A DNA stretch of 62,199 nt, the filler included. It is 4 parts of 4 records of this genome, joined end to end, with 100 filler letters (N's around TTAATTAATTAA, not from the genome) between each part and the next. Parts side by side here need not be neighbours in the genome. Positions count along the whole stretch, not along the records: positions 17,906 to 30,325 come from SRR31156797_6225; positions 30,426 to 54,008 come from SRR31156797_6226; 2 more parts are not named here. One strand, given 5' to 3'. The stretch's first letter is position 1. Each line of letters opens with the position of its first letter. This document shows positions 29,001 to 35,605 of the stretch, one piece after another. The position numbers and the translations under genes were made by a program. Under the pieces are notes generated by a model that worked only from the letters and a program-made list of their open reading frames with translations, was not told where the DNA came from and searched no databases.

Positions 29001-29831
29001 AATTTAACCTTTGCAAATCTACTATCAAGAGTAATGGCAACCCCAGAAGGTACTAAAATTGCCATGGATATACTTGGGATGAGATTTTTCCACAAAAAGA
29101 AAAGCCACTTGGACTATCCGTTGCAAGCTCTCGGACGAAATCTTTGCATAGAATTATGTGAAATACAGATCAACGACAATGCTGCTTACCACATGGATAA
29201 AATAATCCAAAAATGCTTTGCATCTCACTCTTCGACTCCTAAGGCCAAAGAGTTCTGTCATAAAATAATAAAAAAATCAGAAGAAAACATAGCGGCAGCG
29301 TACCATTTGGAATCAACAATTGCTTCTCTAATAAAAGTTCAGCCCAAAACAGTACTAACCGAACTGCTACTCAACTATGAAAATGGAATTAGGTATTTTT
29401 CATGGAGAACTCACCATGAAAAAACTACAATCGATTTAGCACCATTAGAATCTGTAACTGAATGGTGTGAAGTTGACCCGTCGATACGCTATCCCTTGGT
29501 GACTCAAATAACACCACTTTTCGTTGAAAACCATGATGGCCGAGTAGAATCAATGTCTTCTGTAGCAATGATGCTGCTGGATAGATCAAAAGACTATCCT
29601 GAAATACTAGAATCCATTACGCCACACTTCTATCCAACCACGGGCTGGTCTGGTGAACTTTCAATTGTAGCTGCCACACGAATTCCCTTTTTGGAACAGC
29701 TAAAGGAGCATCAACATCAGTGTGTACGAAACTGGGCAAACGAACAACTAGCTGAATTAAAAAGACGCATTGCACGTCAAAAAATTGCTGAAGAAAAAGA
29801 AGCTAGAGCGAGACACGAATCCTTCGAGTAA
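26049..29831 (+). CDS. Putative anti-phage NLR-like protein: restriction-endonuclease-like N-terminus, STAND NTPase, alpha-helical C-terminal region
   Basis: 1260 aa. 'ADGGLDV...IQVK' Mrr/REase-type motif, Walker A GLSGVGKTR, Walker B LIVDNC, 'SEGNARIA' (GxP-equivalent), 'RAVLPHAIA', a long helical tail and a C-terminal 'GWSGE'. Confidence 0.7.
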   Translation: MQDIFDITEKEIQELTDSDLRTLIGLLCEAELERNNLPVTAAKWGGNQRAADGGLDVYVDLENPTEAIGEIPRWKTGIQVKQEKMPRNKIIKEMCPKGIPRAVLTELASNNGAYLIACGKESTSPPMRKDRLEAMHEACKTVPGIKNLKLDFFDSSNIKSWTRKHPSLVLWVKANLGTNSSGWQPHDNWSECPDGIYGKFILDDSSKIYDDRSKDTDGLSAEDGLNRIRTLLHEERSCIRLAGLSGVGKTRFAQALYDERIGQNPLPKSIACYTDIAHSPSPTPRDMALQLIALNKRAILIVDNCPPDLHDELSKVCTRADSKISLLTVEYDIRDDKPERTDVFRMEPSSNDLIEKLISSRFKDINNLEARRIAEFSEGNARIAIALAETFEKGDAILTLENNELFKRLFHQRNTEDDSLMRAAEVLSLVYSFDGETLGPPESELDRLAELAGMPAMELYRHVATLLKRGLAQKRSKWRAVLPHAIANRLAKQALENIPTQLIKNAFDRDESGRLIKSYTRRLGYLHDCEAAQKIVKGWLQPDSWLGNISKLNEFGITLLINIAPAAQEETLEAIERAADGSEEATFASKQNPHYIEITRLLQKIAYEPHLFKRSCLILLKFATTEKPNDNYNSIKDLTSSLFYLKLSGTHANVDQRLEILSECIAKGSLFSSMAIPILNGLLQSNSFTSGASFEFGARPRDYGYLPKTWGEVTKWYSTSIIFIKNAILNNSEFADDFKVVLADHFRSLWTNANAIDELEKTAIAINDKRFWKEGWIAIRRTIFYDRKELHQESLSRLLELEKRISAKDLFEEAQIYALTERWGALDSLEYEDGKSRDLEHVTEHTLELAQKTAINIDVLQKLLPSLVSTHGNTSTFGQGLAVGCSTPDLIWNLLLNASADIQKEKREYAIFLGFLNGMRSRDVQWFNSKLDHIVNDNILAPYFPSIQCNFENDQKAARRLFEALELNIAATWQYNRIWALEIDNLTFANLLSRVMATPEGTKIAMDILGMRFFHKKKSHLDYPLQALGRNLCIELCEIQINDNAAYHMDKIIQKCFASHSSTPKAKEFCHKIIKKSEENIAAAYHLESTIASLIKVQPKTVLTELLLNYENGIRYFSWRTHHEKTTIDLAPLESVTEWCEVDPSIRYPLVTQITPLFVENHDGRVESMSSVAMMLLDRSKDYPEILESITPHFYPTTGWSGELSIVAATRIPFLEQLKEHQHQCVRNWANEQLAELKRRIARQKIAEEKEARARHESFE

Positions 29832-29875
29832 GCATCCGGGAAACTAAGAAGGAGACGTACAACAGCCTCATAAAG

Positions 29876-30154
29876 CTACCAGATACGACTATCAACTCTC
29901 TCAACAAGAGCCTTTAATTTTTCATCTCCATATGAAAACCTATTGCAATCGTAAACATAGTAAAGCCCTCCGCTGTTCGGGACATCCTCATGACTAAGGT
30001 GAGGAGCAACATCTTCATACGGTTTCAGTCTAGCAATTACAGTATGGCCATGCCGCTCAGCGATTGTTTTGGTTCCTGCTAAAATAGCAACACCATGCTC
30101 AACGACAGAATCAACTGCATCATAAATATTATCACTCTCTCTAAAAATTTTCAT
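29876..30154 (-). CDS. Hypothetical protein (about 92 aa; the ORF track extends it to 30247)
   Basis: Open frame. ATG 30154 (MKIFRES) is preceded by a purine-rich GGGGGAAA. No recognisable motif. Confidence 0.45.
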   Translation of the reverse strand: MKIFRESDNIYDAVDSVVEHGVAILAGTKTIAERHGHTVIARLKPYEDVAPHLSHEDVPNSGGLYYVYDCNRFSYGDEKLKALVERVDSRIW

Positions 30155-30255
30155 AGCCAAATTTCCCCCATAAAGTTCAAAATATTTATTCCTAGAAACT
30201 AAAAAGACGACATACTCATCCTTACCCTCACACATCCTCACTAACAATCATCGAA

Positions 30256-30277
30256 AAAGTGGTGGGAAAGTGGTGGG
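30256..30277. repeat. Perfect 11-bp tandem direct repeat, possible integrase arm-type sites
   Basis: AAAGTGGTGGG twice, at 30256-30266 and 30267-30277. Confidence 0.6.
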
Positions 30278-30286
30278 ATTTTGCAG

Positions 30287-30325
30287 AAAAAGAAAAAGCC
30301 TCACAAAGAAAAATCTTCGTAAGGC
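30287..30325 (-). terminator. Rho-independent terminator of a minus-strand gene (possibly a tRNA) lying beyond the contig end
   Basis: Minus strand GCCTTACGAAGA-TTTT-TCTTTGTGAGGC-TTTTTCTTTT: a 12-bp stem with two G-U pairs and a U-tract. Confidence 0.65.
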
Positions 30326-30425
30326 NNNNNNNNNNNNNNNNNNNNNNNNNNNNNNNNNNNNNNNNNNNNTTAATTAATTAANNNNNNNNNNNNNNNNNNN
30401 NNNNNNNNNNNNNNNNNNNNNNNNN
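30326..30425. other. Artificial contig linker
   Basis: 44 N + TTAATTAATTAA + 44 N. Confidence 0.99.
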
Positions 30426-30472
30426 AAAAACAAATTATATATTCACACGTTTTTCAATCAAAGTTTTGAGCA

Positions 30473-30652
30473 ATGAAATTAAAAGTAGCCCTAATTGTTG
30501 TATCAATAATACTTATGATAGCCGGATTCGGGATGATTCACAATGGCAAACCCGTTATAGAATATACAGGCAGTGCCATGATTGGTCTGCCTGCAGTTTA
30601 TCTTTTAGTGCTTTTGTTTAGAGCTTATTCTAAAATGAGCAAGAATGATTAA
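30473..30652 (+). CDS. Small two-TM membrane protein (59 aa), absent from the ORF track
   Basis: MKLKVALIVVSIILMIAGFGMIHNGKPVIEYTGSAMIGLPAVYLLVLLFRAYSKMSKND*. Its stop overlaps the convergent gene's stop by 4 nt. Confidence 0.6.
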   Translation: MKLKVALIVVSIILMIAGFGMIHNGKPVIEYTGSAMIGLPAVYLLVLLFRAYSKMSKND

Positions 30653-31908
30653 TTAGCCGGGAAAAACATTGTCAAAGGCTCATCAATAAGCGCTCGCCAA
30701 TTACCCCACGAGTGACCTTCATTCACAGCTTTGTACTGATAAGTATATCCTTTTTCATCAAATATAGCTTTCAGCGCAAGAGCGTTGTCTTCAGTATCAA
30801 AAATTGTTCCTGTACTTAAGTAGAACTTATGACTTAAACCATTACTGTTTTGGTAACTGGTTAGTAGGTTTTCATCAAATGCCGGTGAATGAATTCCAAT
30901 TAAATGAAATGTTTCGGGTATCTGAATGCCGAAATAGCATGAGTTCCAACCGCCAAGGCTAGTTCCAAGAATAGCTCTTTTATCTGCGCTTGGGTTTGTT
31001 TTATAGTTTTGATCGATTTCTGGTACTAATTCATTGGACACAAAATTTGCAAAATTTGGATTAGCGGTATATTGAGTCATTCTTCGGTTTTCTCCCAGAT
31101 TATCAGGATTTCGAGGATCAATAAATACAGCAATAATTGGTTCAATAGTTCCTTCATAAATTAAGTTATCCAGAATAATAATCATGGCACCAAGCTCCCA
31201 ATTGGCATATTCTTGACCATCAGTTACATATATAACCGGCATATTTTCAACAGTTTCATAATTATAAGGAGTATATACGCGGTACTGTAAATCATATCCT
31301 AATGAGTCACTACTAATTCTAATTTCTTCTCCTAAAACACCACGTTCAACTCCTTCCCAAAGTTGCGTTTCTTCAGGGAAAACCCATTCGGGCATTCTCA
31401 ATTCAGAGTTGGGTCCAAATCCACTATATTGAATATAATTGTTTAATGGGTCAAGAATCCAGTTAGTACCTACTACAACTTTATAATCAAGTCGAGCATC
31501 CATTGGAAATGTTTTTTCTAACAGAAAAAGATCAGAGCCATTTAAATTGGTTCCTTCCCAGCCTGCAATAGAATGATTCCAACCGTTGAAATCACCAGCC
31601 CACTTCACAGTTTCAGCATCACCATAATAAATAAATGCTGCAGAGTCGCCTTTTACAAATGGAATTTTGTTCATTGATTTCATTGTATCAAGAAAAACGG
31701 TTATCATCTCTTCCCGTTGCACTGCGTCTTCTATATTGCTTAATTCATTTAATCGATCAATGAAATCACTATATGTATCAAAATGGTATAATACATTAGG
31801 AGTTTCAAAATAATAGGACTCATGAGTTGTATTAGTTAATTCTTCATTATCATTTTTTTTGCAAGAAATGACAGTTAGTGATACTAGAAATAATATAAAA
31901 TAATTCAT
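30649..31908 (-). CDS. Esterase lipoprotein (Fes/enterochelin-esterase-like alpha/beta hydrolase with a CBM48-like N-domain)
   Basis: Lipobox VISC, 'WAGDFNGWN...YKVVV..WILDPLN', 'VYTPYNY', nucleophile motif GTSLGG and catalytic His in 'GHSW'. Confidence 0.8.
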   Translation of the reverse strand: MNYFILFLVSLTVISCKKNDNEELTNTTHESYYFETPNVLYHFDTYSDFIDRLNELSNIEDAVQREEMITVFLDTMKSMNKIPFVKGDSAAFIYYGDAETVKWAGDFNGWNHSIAGWEGTNLNGSDLFLLEKTFPMDARLDYKVVVGTNWILDPLNNYIQYSGFGPNSELRMPEWVFPEETQLWEGVERGVLGEEIRISSDSLGYDLQYRVYTPYNYETVENMPVIYVTDGQEYANWELGAMIIILDNLIYEGTIEPIIAVFIDPRNPDNLGENRRMTQYTANPNFANFVSNELVPEIDQNYKTNPSADKRAILGTSLGGWNSCYFGIQIPETFHLIGIHSPAFDENLLTSYQNSNGLSHKFYLSTGTIFDTEDNALALKAIFDEKGYTYQYKAVNEGHSWGNWRALIDEPLTMFFPAN

Positions 31909-31941
31909 TTGATTTTTATTGGTTTAGATTTTTTGAGCAGA

Positions 31942-34479
31942 TTATTTTATTATAAGCTTAATACTTTCCCAATTATTTTTACCCCATACTCTAAGGTTGT
32001 AAATACCTTTATTTATGGGTTGGTCGTTCAAATTAATTGTATTTGTATTTGAGTTTTCAATTAGAAGCCTTCCTGACATATCAAACAATTGAATTTTTCT
32101 AATCTGAAAACCTGCGCTTACAATTATTTCGCCATTTAAATCAACCGGATTTGGATATACATTTAACAAATTACTTTGATGATTTCCAATTCCTGTTGCT
32201 TCAAATGTAATAGTCTGTGAGTTAGATGGGTCTGACTCGCCTGTTGTATAAGTCGCAGTAATGTAATAAGTATATGCAGTACCATTAATCAAGTTTTCGG
32301 AATCGTTAAACGACGTTTGATCGATTGAATTGATGGACTCTATTACAATACCATCTCTATAAACTTTATAATCAATAAAATTTGCCTCAACAACTGGTTG
32401 CCATATAAGTTGGATTTCATTTTCCCCCAAAGAAGCTTCTAACTGAGTAGGTGCTTCATTTGGATTATTTGCCTGTGCTTGAACCACTTCAACATTATCA
32501 AAGGCGGCATACCATGCCCAGGTATTATTGTCGTCGTATAAGAAGGCTATTTGTGTGGTTGCAGAAAATGCCTCCGAAGGAAGTTCAATGCTATGGTGTG
32601 TAAAGGCAGATGACTCACCTAAATTTTCAATCAATGTCCATGATTGATCAGTTGATGTTCTGTACATCAGTGAAAACTCGTCACTTGTATAATCACGGTA
32701 TCCATAATCAAATTCAAGGAATGCGACAGTTGCTGAGCCTAAATCAATTTGAGGAGAAATGGCATATCCTGCTGTATGGGTTCCATTTCCCACATCGTCT
32801 GAATCTATACTCATATAAGAGGAACTGTTGCCACTCAGGTTAACTGAAACATCCCACATCCAACCGGCTTCTTCGTTTTCAAATGTCCAGTCTTGCATTC
32901 CATTTTCAAAATCCCAAAAGTGTGTTTGTAATATACCAATGGTCAAATTTACAGTGTTTGAAGCGTTTGATTCCCCATTTATTGTCCCGGAATACATGGC
33001 CGTTACATAATATTCATAAGTACTTCCATTACTTACTTCAATATCTGTATATGTGGTATCTAAAATATCAGTAATAGAATCATATTTTACATTATTTTTA
33101 TAAATGTAGTATTTTGAAAAATCTGCAGGGTCCATTGGTGTGCTCCATGCTAATGATACTTCTTCATCTTCTTGTTCGGCTGTTAAATTCATGGGTGGAA
33201 ATAATCCATTAAATTCTTCAGCCATTGTGGCCATGAATGCAAGGCCTACTTGTGTAAATTTACGGGCCAACTCTGGGTTATTTACACTGGGACCAATAGT
33301 ATCTGCTGCGGAGTGAATATATGGACTATAATCATTTGAATCTTCAAATGGGAAAATTCCCATGTACCCATTATTGTTGAAAGATGTATGATCACTATCA
33401 CCACCAATCATTGTACCATCGTATACTATGAAGTCAGGCATATATTCTGCTGCAACTGCTTCATATATATCAACCAATGGCTGAGCTGATGAAGGAGCCA
33501 TCATGTCAGTATGGTATTCGCCACCTGGTTCCAGATAGCCAATCATATCCAGATTTAAATAACCAATAATATCCATGCCTTCTGTCGCAGCATTTGAAGC
33601 CCATTCACCACTTCCGTAAAGGCCAATCTCTTCTGCTGACCATGCACAATAAATTATGGTATAGTTAAATTGGTATTGACTTAAAATACGGGTAATTTCC
33701 ATCACTCCGGCAGTTCCTGAAGCATTATCGTCAGCTCCCGGAGCATCTCCACCATAACTGGTAGAGTCATAATGACCACCCACAACGACATATTTGTCAG
33801 AATAAACGAATCCGGGCTGAATGGCAATTACATTTTCTGATCCTGCAACACCCGCATAAGTTAACTCAGTAGTTAGACCATATGATTGAAAACGTGCTTG
33901 AATCCAATTTTGTGCTTCAACTGCTTCAGGAGTATCATATTTGCGTGTACCATAATCCTGCATATGCTGAATATAGGCCATTATTGTATCGGTTTGAACC
34001 TGGTCAACCATGTTTTCGATAGCGATACTTTTGATAATATCTTTTCTCTTAATTAGGTCAAGATCTTTAGTTTCTTTTATTGGGTTGGTTTTTAGCCTGA
34101 TTATTCCACTGTGTATGCCATGCGGAATGGTCTTAATGGTTTTAATATCAGCATCAATTACAGCTATATCATTATCAAAATATAGCAATGTTGATTTGTC
34201 TTTTAGCAAATTGATATAACTAACTTTTTCTTTTTTTGGTAGCCAAATTAGATAATAATCATTGGTTTGAGGTTCAAACCTGTCGGTGATTAGTTGCTCT
34301 TTTTTATACCCGTTCTGAGATAAACTCACAAGGGCGAAATCATCATTTTGATAGTATTTCTTAATTTTCTGGTTTTGTTCAATTCGTTTTAGCTCATCGT
34401 TCTGGATTTTATATAAACTTTGGCTAAATGCAGAAATAGAGATTAACAAAGCGAGAATAGGTAGTAGTAATTTAGTCAT
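31942..34479 (-). CDS. M28 family metallopeptidase with Fn3 and beta-sandwich domains and a T9SS C-terminal sorting domain
   Basis: Signal peptide, GGHYDS, GADDNASG, AEEIGLYGS, LNLDMIG and SDH. Two Fn3-like repeats. CTD 'VYPNPV...GIYNLRV...KLIIK'. Confidence 0.9.
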   Translation of the reverse strand: MTKLLLPILALLISISAFSQSLYKIQNDELKRIEQNQKIKKYYQNDDFALVSLSQNGYKKEQLITDRFEPQTNDYYLIWLPKKEKVSYINLLKDKSTLLYFDNDIAVIDADIKTIKTIPHGIHSGIIRLKTNPIKETKDLDLIKRKDIIKSIAIENMVDQVQTDTIMAYIQHMQDYGTRKYDTPEAVEAQNWIQARFQSYGLTTELTYAGVAGSENVIAIQPGFVYSDKYVVVGGHYDSTSYGGDAPGADDNASGTAGVMEITRILSQYQFNYTIIYCAWSAEEIGLYGSGEWASNAATEGMDIIGYLNLDMIGYLEPGGEYHTDMMAPSSAQPLVDIYEAVAAEYMPDFIVYDGTMIGGDSDHTSFNNNGYMGIFPFEDSNDYSPYIHSAADTIGPSVNNPELARKFTQVGLAFMATMAEEFNGLFPPMNLTAEQEDEEVSLAWSTPMDPADFSKYYIYKNNVKYDSITDILDTTYTDIEVSNGSTYEYYVTAMYSGTINGESNASNTVNLTIGILQTHFWDFENGMQDWTFENEEAGWMWDVSVNLSGNSSSYMSIDSDDVGNGTHTAGYAISPQIDLGSATVAFLEFDYGYRDYTSDEFSLMYRTSTDQSWTLIENLGESSAFTHHSIELPSEAFSATTQIAFLYDDNNTWAWYAAFDNVEVVQAQANNPNEAPTQLEASLGENEIQLIWQPVVEANFIDYKVYRDGIVIESINSIDQTSFNDSENLINGTAYTYYITATYTTGESDPSNSQTITFEATGIGNHQSNLLNVYPNPVDLNGEIIVSAGFQIRKIQLFDMSGRLLIENSNTNTINLNDQPINKGIYNLRVWGKNNWESIKLIIK

Positions 34480-34488
34480 GACGTCTGA

Positions 34489-35232
34489 TTAATTGGATTT
34501 AATATATTTCAGTGTAGTTAATGATTCAATTTTGATTAGATATATTCCCTTTGGTTGGTCTGAAATGTCAATAATATTTGAGTAAACATTTCTTATTTTT
34601 TTTCCAGCCAGGTTGTAAATGGAAATTTCACTTTTAGGAGTATAATTCAGATGAATAATTCCGTTTCCGGGGTTTGGAGATATATTAATACTCTTTTCAA
34701 CTACATTGCTGGTTCCCGTTTGATCAGCTGTCCATATAATTTCAACATCTGAAAAACTTGGGGCATTATCAGGATTTAAAGTAATATTTTCTGTTCCTTT
34801 TGTAAAGCTAAAAGAACTGTAATTACCGGTTGAGTTTTTGTCGGTAAGTTCCATCCATATGGTGTATTCCCCATCTGGCATATCATTTCCAATATAATCC
34901 GTTCCGTCCCAGGTGCAGGTTCTTGTGGTATGTGTATATTGAGTAGCTCCGGTTATAGCATCTACTACATTGTATTCACTTCCAGCATTGCTGGTTGAAG
35001 TCTGCCATGTATTTAAGTGTGTTTTTCTATTTGCTGCATAAACAAGAAGCGTTTTCACAAAATTACCTTGATCGTCTTCAACCCAAATAGCAACTACGTG
35101 GGCTGGAGCATAATTTCCTCCAGCATTGCTTGTTGAAACTGAAACGTTGAGTTCTCCTGTTGTTTGTGCTAATAATGTCCCTGAAATTAATAGTAAAAGC
35201 AATGCTTTTAATCCTTTGTGTATTGTCCCCAT
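34489..35232 (-). CDS. DUF2271-domain protein with a T9SS C-terminal sorting domain
   Basis: 'VAIWVED.QGNFVKTL', 'VDAITGAT' and 'WDGTD..G...PDGEY', then CTD 'ISPNPG...KGIYLIKI'. Confidence 0.7.
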   Translation of the reverse strand: MGTIHKGLKALLLLLISGTLLAQTTGELNVSVSTSNAGGNYAPAHVVAIWVEDDQGNFVKTLLVYAANRKTHLNTWQTSTSNAGSEYNVVDAITGATQYTHTTRTCTWDGTDYIGNDMPDGEYTIWMELTDKNSTGNYSSFSFTKGTENITLNPDNAPSFSDVEIIWTADQTGTSNVVEKSINISPNPGNGIIHLNYTPKSEISIYNLAGKKIRNVYSNIIDISDQPKGIYLIKIESLTTLKYIKSN

Positions 35233-35281
35233 AAAAATATTTTGAAATGATTTATGAATAAGCTGGCTTGTTTTTAGGTGT

Positions 35282-35508
35282 TTAACCCGAAAAATTCACC
35301 GCAAAACAATAGCTAGTAAGTTTACTTTCTGATATTTAATGCTTTGCATGGGAAGCTTGCCTCTTTTTAATAACCCAAAAATAGGTAATGCTTACCATAA
35401 TCTTTGTACATCTGCTTCGTTGCTAAGCCATTGAAATAGTCTACTATGTCTGCTGGCTTAGACGCCTTGCATATGCACAAAGCTTATGGCATGAATTTTC
35501 CGGGTTAA
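35282..35508. repeat. MITE/REP-like intergenic element with 18-bp terminal inverted repeats and a long internal hairpin
   Basis: TTAACCCGAAAAATTCAC (35282-35299) vs ATGAATTTTCCGGGTTAA (35491-35508) match at 16/18. Nested stems lie at 35395-35489. Confidence 0.55.
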
Positions 35509-35547
35509 GATAGTTAAATCTTTTGATTCCTCAAATTTGAATTATGA

Positions 35548-35584
35548 ACAAAAAAGCCACCATCAGCATGCTAATGGTGGCTTT
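35548..35584 (-). terminator. Rho-independent terminator of the efflux operon
   Basis: AAAGCCACCAT...ATGGTGGCTTT hairpin with an A-run on the + strand (U-run on the - strand), just past the RND stop. Confidence 0.85.
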
Positions 35585-35605
35585 AGATTTTATAAAATCA
35601 TTAAA

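Noticed and set aside
30256-30277. GTGGTGG repeats as Chi-like sites or a CRISPR remnant
   Set aside because: They are not the GCTGGTGG Chi sequence, there are only two abutting copies with no spacers, and no cas genes are present. No CRISPR array was seen anywhere in the window.
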